The translations under genes were made by a program, and so were the position numbers. A DNA stretch of 64,000 nucleotides, taken from an uncultured virus (IMG/VR IMGVR_UViG_3300044844_000310) (Duplodnaviria; Heunggongvirae; Uroviricota; Caudoviricetes). Numbering within the stretch: position 1 is the first letter of the stretch; every line of letters begins with the position of its first letter. Below the pieces are notes generated by a model. The model was not told where the DNA came from. It saw only the letters and a list, made by a program, of their open reading frames with translations, and made no database searches. The stretch is taken from IMG/VR virus record IMGVR_UViG_3300044844_000310; one strand, 5' to 3'. Positions 38,436 to 47,483 of the stretch are shown piece by piece.

Positions 38436-39112
38436 TACCTGTTCGCTCCGTTATGGGGGCACGAGAGAACCCCGCACCATTTTCTGCATAGGCCATTAGG
38501 CTTCTCATTGAATACGTTCGTGTAATAGGACGCTTCACGTAGCGCTAAAGTCTCATGCAGATCAGCAAAAATGTTTAGAGCATTTTCCCTTGTATATTCG
38601 GCTCTTACAAGGTCTTCAGCAACGGCAAACAGCAATGCGCCCTTAATTCTTTCTAGCTGTGGAAACTTCAGAAACAGCGCCGCTGACATGAGGGCAATCT
38701 GCTTCAGATCAGCGTACTTAGAGCTCTTGCTTGTCTTGTAGTCCAGTACATACCCCTTGGCGCCGTCAACGATCACGAGATCCGCAACACCTCTGAACCA
38801 CACCCCTGCATCAAAGAAGTCACAAGCAACGAGCTTGCCATCCTCCTTCTTAACTCCCAGCTTCAACTCACAATGCTTATCGCCGGGTAGCTTATTCAGC
38901 GTCTCAAGTTTCCCCCGCATCCATTCAAACCGCGGATCTAGTGGCTTACCATCGCGAATGAACTCTTCACACGCTAGATGGAACTCTTTCCCATAAATGG
39001 TGGCCACATTGTCCGTGAAGGGCACTTCCTTGGTGATACGCTCAGCTTCGTACTTTCGAGGACAGGTATCGAACAACTTCAGTGAGCTATATGACCAAGC
39101 GGGGACTTTCAT
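38435..39112 (-). CDS. PD-(D/E)XK Cas4-like exonuclease
   Basis: WSYSSL-x-x-F-x-x-CP, G-x-x-FH, RGVAD, DYKT, C-terminal C-x-x-WC...C. Confidence 0.85.
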   Translation of the reverse strand: MKVPAWSYSSLKLFDTCPRKYEAERITKEVPFTDNVATIYGKEFHLACEEFIRDGKPLDPRFEWMRGKLETLNKLPGDKHCELKLGVKKEDGKLVACDFFDAGVWFRGVADLVIVDGAKGYVLDYKTSKSSKYADLKQIALMSAALFLKFPQLERIKGALLFAVAEDLVRAEYTRENALNIFADLHETLALREASYYTNVFNEKPNGLCRKWCGVLSCPHNGANR

Positions 39113-40959
39113 GTTTTGAGCTTTTCCATCTTAAATGAGAGGTTGTCTCCTATCCCACCTTCAGCGTCCAACGGCATATCAGGGAGCCACGTAGGCGCTT
39201 TGCGTAACTCAGTAATGATGAACCGACGAGCCTCTTCTGCTTCTTCTGTCGGTACCGCTATGTACAGTGCGTCGTGAATGGTCAGTGCTACTGGATATTT
39301 TTTGTGCACCCTTACCATCGCTTCACCCATGACGCACCTCGCTAGGGCCTGAATCACGTTTTGATAGCACTTGGCAGCGTGGATGCTGACCTTCCCTTTT
39401 CTCGTCTGGTATGCGTACTGTTTGCGCCCTAATTCGTCTTCGGAGACCCTTAACTCTGGATAGGTGAGGTACAACCCAGATGGGAGTTTTATACCATGTG
39501 TGCCCTCAACTTTCAATGTCAAAGGCCCCAGACCGATCTCTGCATACTCGTGGAACCTGATGGCATCCAGTGCTTTCCCTGCGTCGTACCAAGCTGCTTT
39601 TACTTGAGAGTACTCCTGCCTATATGTGGATACTATTTTTTCAGCGAGCTCTTCTCCGATGTCCTTACCGTACTTGGCATCTGCCTTGATAGCAGCGCGT
39701 AACTTTTTGGCGCCAGTGCCGTAAATAAGCGAAAGCTGAGATGTCTTGCCGATGAAGCGTTGCCCTTCATCCACCTCGTCGTAGGGCACATTAAAGATGG
39801 GAGCCACGAAGTCCTTGTATAGATCGAGCCCTTCGCCAAGCATCTTCAGCTTGTCATTCTGCCCTGCGAACGCTAGCCCTACGCGTAGTTCAATGTTGCT
39901 TAAGTCAGCACCTACGATGCTATAGCCAAGCGGGGGAACGATTGCCTTCTTCAGCTTTGACGCTCTCGGAAGGTTCTGCAGATTGATACCATCGATGGCT
40001 GACCAACGCCCTGTGATGGCACCGTAGTATTTGAGCGGGACAGGTAGTGCACCCCCTGCTTCGTGGATATCAATAAACTTCTCGGTACGTTTCTCTTCGA
40101 GCGTTGACTTGACACCTAATCTCGCCGCAATGACGGCCTGCACTCGCTCGTCCTCATGCTCAAGCAGAGCCTTGAACGCTTCATCACTCTTAGCGAATGC
40201 GAATGTTTCCTTGCCTGTACGTAGGCTGATCTTTCTGGGGACCTCTACACCAAACTGCTCAAGCACTTCTGCGAGCTTCTGGTTACTCATCAGGTTTTCT
40301 TTGTCGAGTCCGCATTCAGCCAAGAGTTTTTCCTTGTTCTCCCGCACCTGAACCAAGTGCTCTTCGAGCATCTGTCGATCAAGCATGAAGTGAGGGTCGG
40401 CGTGCATTTTGATCGTCATGTCGATCAGGGCAATCTCGATCTTGTTGAACCGATGCGCCAGCTTCTTGAACAGCGCGTACGTTAGCTCTACGTCGTTCCT
40501 GCAGTACTCTCCATACCGGGCCAGTTCATCTTCTGCGAAGTCGATGCGGCGTTTACCCATAGCATGAATGACTTCCTCACCCTTTACTCCCAACTCATAT
40601 CGCTCAGCCAGCGCCTTGAGCGAGCCCCCTGCATCCATACCGAGCACCGCACGGGCCATCGACAATGTGTCGAGAATAACTTTGGGATAGATTCCGAAAC
40701 GCCATGCGAGGATAGTCGCATCGAACAGCGCATTGTGCGCCAGCAAAAATGAGTTACGCCAATCGAAAGAATGAAGCCAGTTCCTAATCTCCTCATGCGT
40801 GCCAGAGAGCCAGACCGTCTCTTCGTCATTCTTCTTTACAGCAACGCCAATCGTCTCAAAACGCGTATCGTCTACGTAGCGCTGAGTGGTCGTATCTCTC
40901 TTAGACAAAGAGTACTCTTTGTCATAAAAGGTCTCAAAGTCTAGTGTGTAAAGGTCCAT
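39109..40959 (-). CDS. polA: family A DNA polymerase with 3'-5' exonuclease
   Basis: Exo motifs DFET, HNALFD, Y-x-x-x-D; motif A DLSNIELR; motif B R-x-x-x-KTSQL-x-x-x-YG; motif C IHD. Confidence 0.9.
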   Translation of the reverse strand: MDLYTLDFETFYDKEYSLSKRDTTTQRYVDDTRFETIGVAVKKNDEETVWLSGTHEEIRNWLHSFDWRNSFLLAHNALFDATILAWRFGIYPKVILDTLSMARAVLGMDAGGSLKALAERYELGVKGEEVIHAMGKRRIDFAEDELARYGEYCRNDVELTYALFKKLAHRFNKIEIALIDMTIKMHADPHFMLDRQMLEEHLVQVRENKEKLLAECGLDKENLMSNQKLAEVLEQFGVEVPRKISLRTGKETFAFAKSDEAFKALLEHEDERVQAVIAARLGVKSTLEEKRTEKFIDIHEAGGALPVPLKYYGAITGRWSAIDGINLQNLPRASKLKKAIVPPLGYSIVGADLSNIELRVGLAFAGQNDKLKMLGEGLDLYKDFVAPIFNVPYDEVDEGQRFIGKTSQLSLIYGTGAKKLRAAIKADAKYGKDIGEELAEKIVSTYRQEYSQVKAAWYDAGKALDAIRFHEYAEIGLGPLTLKVEGTHGIKLPSGLYLTYPELRVSEDELGRKQYAYQTRKGKVSIHAAKCYQNVIQALARCVMGEAMVRVHKKYPVALTIHDALYIAVPTEEAEEARRFIITELRKAPTWLPDMPLDAEGGIGDNLSFKMEKLKT

Positions 40960-41237
40960 TCTTCTAATACTCTTTTTAGACTGTCTAAATTATTTTCATT
41001 AACGACCATCACGAAGCCACCAGATCCTTCTATCTTTTCCATCTCTCGGTCTTGAAGGGCTGTCGTCTTTCCTTTCCCGGCCTTCGCTTCGATAGCTATA
41101 AACCGCCCATTCAGACAACCAACGAAATCTGGAATCCCAGCTCTCCCGTATCCATTTGCAGGTGGCATGAAGTAGTAGCATTTGAGTTCCTCTAGTATCT
41201 GTTTGATCTGCTTTTTGGTCTTTGCCTCGGGGGTCAT
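40941..41237 (-). CDS. VRR-NUC nuclease (resolvase-like)
   Basis: MTPE-x-K, GIPD, IEAK, TALQ. Confidence 0.85.
   Translation of the reverse strand: MTPEAKTKKQIKQILEELKCYYFMPPANGYGRAGIPDFVGCLNGRFIAIEAKAGKGKTTALQDREMEKIEGSGGFVMVVNENNLDSLKRVLEEWTFTH
40973..40991. promoter_or_regulatory. palindromic box copy just upstream of the polA start
   Basis: TTTTTAGACTGTCTAAATT; exact reverse complement of the copy at 58940-58958. Confidence 0.6.
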
Positions 41238-41413
41238 TCCTCTTTCTCCAGATCCTCCAACGCAGCGATGGCCATGTTGAGCCCTAGCACCTGCCCGTCC
41301 AGAAAGAAGTCACCCTTTCCAGTCTCCATGATTTTCTTATCCGCCAAGATGTTCAGACCGTCTTTGATAGTGACCAGCTCTTTAATGCAAATTTCCAGTG
41401 TATGTTCATCCAT
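41234..41413 (-). CDS. hypothetical protein, 59 aa (not in ORF track)
   Basis: Hand-translated MDEHTLEICIK...LEKEE; fills the gap with overlaps on both sides. Confidence 0.55.
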   Translation of the reverse strand: MDEHTLEICIKELVTIKDGLNILADKKIMETGKGDFFLDGQVLGLNMAIAALEDLEKEE

Positions 41414-42629
41414 TGCTCAACTCCTCCACAACTTTCTGAATTACCGGACCCCACTCCCTGTCCTCTCCTTGTCTGAAGATCCTTATCGACGGATACCAAG
41501 GCGTCCTATCACCTTCCAAACCCCACCGCCAGTCACAGGCATAAGGAAGCAGGAGGATTGTAGGGATTCCCTCAGCACCTGCAAGGTGCGCAGTCATAGT
41601 GTCTACTGTGATGACGAGATCAAGCTCCACGATGCGCTGAGCCATAGCGTATACATCTGTGAATTCAGGTTTCTCCATCCCTGACAAAGCGAAGGCTTCT
41701 ACGTCTGTATGTCTGACATCCTTCTGCATAAGGTAAAAGTTTTTATCTAACGCAAACAAAGGCTCGAAAGCCGCGAGGGGTATGGATCTGTGATGATCAT
41801 CAGGGTGCAGGGGGTTACCCGAACAAGCGAGTCCGATACGCTTGGGGTTATCTACATCAGGAGAACTCCACCCACCCATAGTAGGGATCGTTCCCATTTT
41901 CGTGCCGAAAATATACGGCAGGGAGCCTGCATGGACCATATAGTCATGCTCTACGATAGTGCCCCGCTTCTCCGTTATCATTTCCAACCCGCAGTCAAAG
42001 TACGATAGTAATGGTTCATCGCATTCCCACACCGCATACCCTGCACCAAGACCGCACAACATATCCGCATACCGCGCGAAGAAGATCTGATCCCCGAGCC
42101 CCCCTTCAGCCTTAACGAGCAGGGTCTTTCCTCTGAGAGACTGAGCGCCATCCCATGTGTCTGGCTCAGTGAGGCGTTGTTGATAGTCAAACCAATCAAC
42201 CCGGTCATACTTACCACTTGCAAGTGCGGCGTGAGCTGCCGCAGTCTCACACTCTCTGTTAAATTCCGGGGTGTTATTAGGGTGCAGGGCCCCACGGAAA
42301 CAGTTTTTGGCCTTATACAATTCATGCTGTGCGTAGTAGCACGAGCCTAATAGGGCGTGGGCTTCCGGGTATTTTTTAACATGAACAGGGAACTCTATCC
42401 CTTCCTCCGATGGTTCACCCATGCGTATGCTAATGGCCGCGCATAGTGCACTCTTAGCCTCGTAAAACTTATCTTGATGGAACCTGCACTTCCCGAGGTT
42501 GTACCAGAGTTCAGAACTCTGATCGTCATGGTCAAGGGCTTGCTCCATCTTCTCCTCAGCTTCCTCCCAACGATGTTGGGTCATCAGCTCCAATCCTTCT
42601 TCGCACAACCGTGCGGCCTCGTTACTCAT
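41406..42629 (-). CDS. TPR + glycosyltransferase family 9-like protein
   Basis: N-terminal TPRs (WYNLG, AHALLG); EGGLGDQIFFARY, LDLVITVDT-x-x-AHLAGA, DWRW, TPWYP. Confidence 0.85.
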   Translation of the reverse strand: MSNEAARLCEEGLELMTQHRWEEAEEKMEQALDHDDQSSELWYNLGKCRFHQDKFYEAKSALCAAISIRMGEPSEEGIEFPVHVKKYPEAHALLGSCYYAQHELYKAKNCFRGALHPNNTPEFNRECETAAAHAALASGKYDRVDWFDYQQRLTEPDTWDGAQSLRGKTLLVKAEGGLGDQIFFARYADMLCGLGAGYAVWECDEPLLSYFDCGLEMITEKRGTIVEHDYMVHAGSLPYIFGTKMGTIPTMGGWSSPDVDNPKRIGLACSGNPLHPDDHHRSIPLAAFEPLFALDKNFYLMQKDVRHTDVEAFALSGMEKPEFTDVYAMAQRIVELDLVITVDTMTAHLAGAEGIPTILLLPYACDWRWGLEGDRTPWYPSIRIFRQGEDREWGPVIQKVVEELSNG

Positions 42630-42828
42630 TCTTCTTCCTCCCAGAAGTCTTCGATATCAATGGCGTGCTTCTCGGCTATCTCTCGTAGGGTGTCTTTGCT
42701 GTACCCGATGAACGCGTCATACAAGTACTCACTCGTCAACTCCCTCAGTTCTTCGTGCGTTTTACCTCGTATTTCGTTTTCTGCGAGGACTTCGCAGAGA
42801 TCCTGTTTACTCATTCTTCTTCCTCCCA
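42622..42828. repeat. 22-bp exact direct repeat (42622-42643 and 42807-42828)
   Basis: TTACTCATTCTTCTTCCTCCCA twice. Confidence 0.9.
42626..42814 (-). CDS. hypothetical protein
   Basis: MSKQDL start overlapping upstream stop; flanked by 22-bp direct repeats. Confidence 0.55.
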   Translation of the reverse strand: MSKQDLCEVLAENEIRGKTHEELRELTSEYLYDAFIGYSKDTLREIAEKHAIDIEDFWEEEE

Positions 42829-43116
42829 TTCGATGCGGATGCAGGCTACTCTATCTTTTGTTGCCATACGATCTGCGTGTTCTTTATTAAAATGAAATTC
42901 GGTTTTCGCTGTAATGTGCCACGCATACTTATCTGGATAAACATTCACCCACCCCTCTTTCTTCACGCGCTTGGGTTTGATGCGAAAATTTATACCTGTA
43001 TCCCATGCCGGATGAGAGGGCACTGAAATCCATGCTCCCGGTAGCGTTTCACATTCAACCTCCTCACCCGCCGCCCACGCGACGATCACATCGTAGTGTT
43101 TGTGTTTAGTTCCCAT
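42811..43116 (-). CDS. conserved phage hypothetical protein
   Basis: HKH-x-DVIVAWA-x-G...P-x-W...RIKP...EGWVNVY. Confidence 0.65.
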   Translation of the reverse strand: MGTKHKHYDVIVAWAAGEEVECETLPGAWISVPSHPAWDTGINFRIKPKRVKKEGWVNVYPDKYAWHITAKTEFHFNKEHADRMATKDRVACIRIEWEEEE

Positions 43117-43375
43117 CTTCAGTCTCCACAGTCACAGTACGTTTTACCTTTACGATCTTGCCTGTGCTCAGCTCTCTGGTGTAATGACTACCAGTCCATG
43201 TTGCGTCGGTAGGATGCTGCAAAAATTCCGCACGGCTTTTATGCGTAAACCTCACAGTCTTCGCCGTAGGGTCCATCCATCCGTAATTCGTTTCCCGTCC
43301 ATCAGCATAGGTTTCACCCCATGCCAGTCCGTCTTTCATAATCATCACGCCTTCTTCAGTGTGTTCGTATTTCAT
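43106..43375 (-). CDS. hypothetical protein
   Basis: Packed ORF with overlaps. Confidence 0.55.
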   Translation of the reverse strand: MKYEHTEEGVMIMKDGLAWGETYADGRETNYGWMDPTAKTVRFTHKSRAEFLQHPTDATWTGSHYTRELSTGKIVKVKRTVTVETEDGN

Positions 43376-43680
43376 TTTGCCTCCCGTTCAGCTAGATAAA
43401 GTTCGTACTCCCCAACTGGCAAGTCTTTCATCAGTGGTTTGAACCAGAATTCCTTGTCGTCGCCCCAATTGTGTACGGCCATAAGAGCCGCGGGTTCTTC
43501 GTTCATAGGCTCTGGTTCTGGTTCCGGTTCCGGTTCTTCGCACTTCGTAATGCCGTGCATTCTCTCTGCATACGCTACGCCCTCAGCGAAGGTGCCTCCT
43601 CTTGAGTAGTGCCCCACAGGAAGCGGTAGGTTATCCAACCCGTGAAAAATTTCTTTATTGGTCAGCGGCCCGCGTGCCAT
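43372..43680 (-). CDS. hypothetical protein (EP repeat)
   Basis: PLT-x-x-EI...AE-x-x-HGI; EPEPEP linker. Confidence 0.55.
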   Translation of the reverse strand: MARGPLTNKEIFHGLDNLPLPVGHYSRGGTFAEGVAYAERMHGITKCEEPEPEPEPEPMNEEPAALMAVHNWGDDKEFWFKPLMKDLPVGEYELYLAEREAK

Positions 43681-43906
43681 TTCTCTTCTCCTGTATACGT
43701 TTCCTCTGCTCTTTGCTGAGCTTCGGTAGTTCTGCCCACGCTACGATCCCGAGCTCGGGATGGTAATCTCCAATCACCCCTGTCCCATACTCGCTAACCA
43801 TATAAATCTTGCAGGCCATCGGGGGCTTCTCGTCCATGACGAGCTTCAGCTTGGGCTCATCGGCTGTCAGTACGGGTCTCTCGTACACTCGATACCTCCT
43901 CACCAT
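43655..43906 (-). CDS. hypothetical protein
   Basis: Start uncertain. Confidence 0.5.
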   Translation of the reverse strand: MVRRYRVYERPVLTADEPKLKLVMDEKPPMACKIYMVSEYGTGVIGDYHPELGIVAWAELPKLSKEQRKRIQEKRNGTRAADQ

Positions 43907-44045
43907 AAATCTTAATCAGATCATTGCGCAGTTCATGGGCTTCACGTTCTGTCATACCGACCCTTCGCGCTACTTCTAGCGACCTGTTGATACGTTCCAT
44001 ATCTTCGTGCGATACGCGCAACCTGCGGGGTTTTACTTCGCTCAT
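43857..44045 (-). CDS. hypothetical protein
   Basis: ATGA overlap with upstream gene. Confidence 0.45.
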   Translation of the reverse strand: MSEVKPRRLRVSHEDMERINRSLEVARRVGMTEREAHELRNDLIKIYGEEVSSVRETRTDSR

Positions 44046-44293
44046 TCTTCCTCCAACGCTTTCAGCGCGGCTCGGGCTTTGTTTAAAACCTCTTGAAAAG
44101 TTCCTCCTACAGAGGGTTCAAAAGCAATAGCCTTCCAATAGACCCTGTTCAATTCGGTCATTTCTTCCAACGCCTCAACCAACCCATCCACTAGGTCTGC
44201 GCGGATGTATGGGGTATCTTCTTCATTTGCTCCTGCAATGATTCTTTTCTCGTACTCAAAGCTATACCAAATCTTCTTCGGTGCTTCGTTCAT
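44042..44293 (-). CDS. hypothetical protein, paralogue of 46341
   Basis: APKKIW...YIRAD...GLVEALE...AALKA. Confidence 0.6.
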   Translation of the reverse strand: MNEAPKKIWYSFEYEKRIIAGANEEDTPYIRADLVDGLVEALEEMTELNRVYWKAIAFEPSVGGTFQEVLNKARAALKALEEE

Positions 44294-44646
44294 TTCCCCT
44301 CCTTCGCTTTACGAATCGTGTAATACAAACTCCGCTCTATCCCTGCCATGCGACAGGCATTGGATACCGTGACTCCCTGACTGATAAGGTCTTGGGCTTT
44401 AGCGTAGGGCGCGTCCCACTTGGGGTTCCATTTGCTAATGGTCGGGGGTAGGGTCGGTCCTATGTTCCTCATGCAGTAAGGTGACTTGAGCTTCAGCAGG
44501 TGTGCCCTCTGCCTTACCGAGCCGTTCGTCCGTTTATACCCCGCCAGTTGAAGTCTCAACACAGCACCGGGAAGCCCCTCCTTGGGATACCACTCCTTGA
44601 TGATCTTGTCCTCCTCATGTTTGTATGCGTAGTTACCCATTGTCAT
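44290..44646 (-). CDS. putative HTH DNA-binding protein
   Basis: Myb-like EED-x-II...RT-x-x-SVRQRA, and G-x-TVSNACRMAGI-x-RSLYY. Confidence 0.55.
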   Translation of the reverse strand: MTMGNYAYKHEEDKIIKEWYPKEGLPGAVLRLQLAGYKRTNGSVRQRAHLLKLKSPYCMRNIGPTLPPTISKWNPKWDAPYAKAQDLISQGVTVSNACRMAGIERSLYYTIRKAKEGK

Positions 44647-44914
44647 CCCCTCCTATCCCGTGGTGCTTTTCTGCGAAACGGATGCCAGCGGCGAAAACTA
44701 TCGCGTCACAACGATTAAACTTCTCCGATTGTGCTTCGGCTTTAATCTCCTCCTCCGTCATCGGCTTTCTTGATTGCGAAGGTCTGGTGTAGAGGGGGAT
44801 ATTGTTTTCGCCTATCATTGGTTCTGAATACATATAGCAAGTAACGTCTGTTCCTAATGCGTTCAGTTCATCTTGACTTGTCCACGCCACAGGATCAGCA
44901 TATTTATTTTTCAT
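44633..44914 (-). CDS. hypothetical protein (PVAW module)
   Basis: DPVAW...PLYT...PMTEEEI...AEKHHGI. Confidence 0.6.
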   Translation of the reverse strand: MKNKYADPVAWTSQDELNALGTDVTCYMYSEPMIGENNIPLYTRPSQSRKPMTEEEIKAEAQSEKFNRCDAIVFAAGIRFAEKHHGIGGDDNG

Positions 44915-45401
44915 CTGCCTTCCCCATCGCTTTCTTAAGTTGCCTCTTATTCATAGCGTTCAACCTATCTATCTGATCTATAAGTTCTCTCAAAAGTTTA
45001 AGCGTGTACCATCCCTCTAAATAAAATGACGCTACCTCTACAGTTTCAAATTCTTCGCCCCACGCCACAGGCTCCGCTTCTGGCTCGGCGGCGAGGAATT
45101 CTTCCTCCTCAGATCTATCAGCTTCCTCGTTTTTGATAAAAACCGTTTGATTTGCATCAGCTCCATCGGCCATTCTTGATGGCGAGGGTATGGACGGGAC
45201 AGGCATATATGCTTTGATCCTAAGAAAGTCCTTGTAGTCGATCCCCGCTAGGTTGCAAGCTCTGGCAAGTTCACACATTGGCTTCGCTTCTGACTCGGCA
45301 GCGAGGAAAGCGCGGATGTCTTCTCTTAATTCCCTGCATTTTTTGCAAGTGCATTGCATAGTCTCAAGCGCCCGTCTCAGCAGTTCGGTTGCGGTAGTCA
45401 T
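44904..45401 (-). CDS. hypothetical mosaic protein
   Basis: FLAAE-x-EA duplicated; EPVAW. Confidence 0.55.
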   Translation of the reverse strand: MTTATELLRRALETMQCTCKKCRELREDIRAFLAAESEAKPMCELARACNLAGIDYKDFLRIKAYMPVPSIPSPSRMADGADANQTVFIKNEEADRSEEEEFLAAEPEAEPVAWGEEFETVEVASFYLEGWYTLKLLRELIDQIDRLNAMNKRQLKKAMGKADEK

Positions 45402-45667
45402 GCTTCCTCCGCAGGCTCATAGGTCGCCTCGAATATGTCGGGCTTGCATGGGTAGTGTTCGCCTTTAACTCCAGTGATGATCCAGTCTCCGGGGGTGACT
45501 TTCATGTTTCCTTCAAGGGTCTTGACGTAAAAATCCTTGGACCGATAAAGAATTCCGGGGCTTATTGCCGATGACGTTGTACCAAGTGAACGCTTTACAG
45601 CAGGATGATCGCCGTCTTTGAACCATTGCGTAGCCTCAATCACTACGGGCTTCTTTCTAAATTTCAT
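45398..45667 (-). CDS. conserved phage protein (KKPVVIEA / PGDWII family)
   Basis: MKFRKKPVVIEATQW...TLEG...GDWIITGVKGEHYPCKPDIFEATYE. Confidence 0.75.
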   Translation of the reverse strand: MKFRKKPVVIEATQWFKDGDHPAVKRSLGTTSSAISPGILYRSKDFYVKTLEGNMKVTPGDWIITGVKGEHYPCKPDIFEATYEPAEEA

Positions 45668-45705
45668 TCCATCCCCCTGCCAATCTCAGCGGTTGCGTTA
45701 CTCAT
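45664..45705 (-). pseudogene. 13-codon relic of a paralogue of 46013..46348
   Basis: MSNATAEIGRGME*; 25/27 nt identical to 46013-46039. Confidence 0.6.
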
Positions 45706-46016
45706 GCTTCACCTCTGGCTTTGGCTAAGACTTTTGCAATCCTGTCTGCGTATTGCTTGTTGGTCTGCTCTTTCTCTGAATGACCCTTGGCTGCATGGTG
45801 TCCTTGGTAAAACCTGAACACGTTCATGGCCGCTTCAAGCTCGGCATACATCTCAGGCGCGGCGGCGATTAGGTGAGCTGTTTCTTTTTCAAAACCTCCG
45901 TCCCCACTTTCATCAACTGTGTCATTTCCTTCGGGGTCTGTAGCTATAACCCACCATCCAGCACATTCATATGGCTGTACGGCATACCACGGACCTTTTA
46001 GATTTGTCTTTCTCAT
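45702..46016 (-). CDS. hypothetical phage protein (GPW...LIAAAPE family)
   Basis: GPW, AHLIAAAPEM, AKARGE. Confidence 0.65.
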   Translation of the reverse strand: MRKTNLKGPWYAVQPYECAGWWVIATDPEGNDTVDESGDGGFEKETAHLIAAAPEMYAELEAAMNVFRFYQGHHAAKGHSEKEQTNKQYADRIAKVLAKARGEA

Positions 46017-46348
46017 TCCATCCCCCTACCAATCGCAGCCGCTGCACGGACAATGGTTCTACGAGTTGCTGCATAGGGATCGTCATCAAGTTTTTCTAAC
46101 CAATAAGATCGCATCCCGTTTCGTATCCTTGAATTGACTTGGTTTTCTTCCGGCACAACCATGAAATAAATTTGCAACTTCACAGCAAGGCGCAGAGCCT
46201 GAGCATCATCCTTTAATGGATTCCACTGTTCTTTTAGTCTCCCATCTTCAACAATGAAAAAAGACTTGCTAGGCCCAAAATGGCCTAACTCAATCTCAAT
46301 CCCCGCCGCTTTCGCCGCGAGTTCTAGGAGTTCTTTGTCGTTATTCAT
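46013..46348 (-). CDS. conserved phage protein
   Basis: ELLELAAKAAG...WNPL-x-DD-x-x-ALRLAVKL...ATRR-x-IVRAAA-x-IG. Confidence 0.7.
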   Translation of the reverse strand: MNNDKELLELAAKAAGIEIELGHFGPSKSFFIVEDGRLKEQWNPLKDDAQALRLAVKLQIYFMVVPEENQVNSRIRNGMRSYWLEKLDDDPYAATRRTIVRAAAAIGRGME

Positions 46349-46562
46349 TGGTTTCCTCCATCGCTTTCAGCGCGGCTTCGATCTTCGGTTTCACGGCCTG
46401 TATAAAAATGCGCTGATTAGTCCAAACTTTTGCGAACTCCAACGCCTCAACCAACCCAAGGGCTGTATCCTCGCGAACATAAGCGATATCTTCTTCCGAC
46501 TGTTTTTCGACATCCTCCCATTCCATGTGCCTAGACAACCAGATCTTCTTCGGTGCGTTCAT
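46341..46562 (-). CDS. hypothetical protein, paralogue of 44042
   Basis: APKKIW...YVRED...GLVEALE...AALKA. Confidence 0.6.
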   Translation of the reverse strand: MNAPKKIWLSRHMEWEDVEKQSEEDIAYVREDTALGLVEALEFAKVWTNQRIFIQAVKPKIEAALKAMEETNE

Positions 46563-46849
46563 ATATCTTTCTCCCGTTCAGCGAGCATGGCATCTGCCAT
46601 GAGGTATGATATTTTTGCGAACTCCTTTTCGTAGTCAGCAGAACCAAGCTCATTAACGAACCCCTGCATCGCCTTGGCTGCAAAGTAATCTCGAAGAGTC
46701 ATGCCAGAAACGCAGACATGTTCCAAACTGCTAGCAACTATTGGAAACGCCGGGCCTCCATTGTTCTTACTCATCACTCCGCCTGTTTTCTTAAGAGCAT
46801 TAGCTGCCTCTTCCGCCCATGTATCAATTTTGTCTTCGATGTTCATCAC
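46559..46849 (-). CDS. conserved phage protein (GPAFP / GMTLRDYFAA family)
   Basis: GGPAFP...GMTLRDYFAAKAMQ...ADAMLAER. Confidence 0.75.
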   Translation of the reverse strand: MMNIEDKIDTWAEEAANALKKTGGVMSKNNGGPAFPIVASSLEHVCVSGMTLRDYFAAKAMQGFVNELGSADYEKEFAKISYLMADAMLAEREKDI

Positions 46850-47076
46850 GGTGTCCCCAAATAAAAGAGATCGTCAATCACGCTACGCAACTGCATCCCT
46901 GTCCATCGTTTCCACTCGTCCCTGTCCGATCCATCAAGGGCCACTTCGAGTCCTTCAAGGATTTGCTTCCTGTCGTTAGAACGATAACCACCATTCATTA
47001 GAAACTCGACTTCCTCCACAATGATCTGAATGTCCTCATCCCTGAACGGACGACCTTTTAGTTTATTCCCGTTCAT
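46846..47076 (-). CDS. hypothetical protein
   Basis: Packed ORF. Confidence 0.5.
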   Translation of the reverse strand: MNGNKLKGRPFRDEDIQIIVEEVEFLMNGGYRSNDRKQILEGLEVALDGSDRDEWKRWTGMQLRSVIDDLFYLGTP

Positions 47077-47278
47077 CTTCTACCTCTATCAGGTCATCCC
47101 ACCTCATAATGTGTAGGCAGGCCATGCACTTAACAGCATCTGTGGATGCTGTATCCTCGTCGTACATATCAATCAGTCCGTAACTATTACCCTCTTCATC
47201 AGATAGATAACTGATTTGCCTCTGCGCGAACACCATGAACCGCCGGGCTTTTGCTTTGCATTCAGGGCATACCTTCAT
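47063..47278 (-). CDS. Zn-ribbon hypothetical protein
   Basis: CPEC...CMAC; start MKVC. Confidence 0.55.
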   Translation of the reverse strand: MKVCPECKAKARRFMVFAQRQISYLSDEEGNSYGLIDMYDEDTASTDAVKCMACLHIMRWDDLIEVEDERE

Positions 47279-47279
47279 C

Positions 47280-47483
47280 CTATTTCCCCTTGTAAACGTA
47301 TTCCAAACACTTAGCGCCCAGTCCATCCGGGCGGGTCATGGTGCACTCCCAATGCTTGGCGTCGAGGGTTACAGAGGGCGGGGCGGTTACATATAGCAAA
47401 AGACCTACACCCCCGCTGAACATCAGCGCCCACAGCGCCCACGTATCACGAACAAACTCACCAAAACTAGCAATCTTCTTCAT
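47280..47483 (-). CDS. small membrane protein
   Basis: One TM helix, Cys pair; AGGAG RBS. Confidence 0.55.
   Translation of the reverse strand: MKKIASFGEFVRDTWALWALMFSGGVGLLLYVTAPPSVTLDAKHWECTMTRPDGLGAKCLEYVYKGK

Noticed and set aside
38435..39112. Cas4-like nuclease as part of a CRISPR system
   Set aside because: Solo phage replication-module nuclease with no cas genes or array
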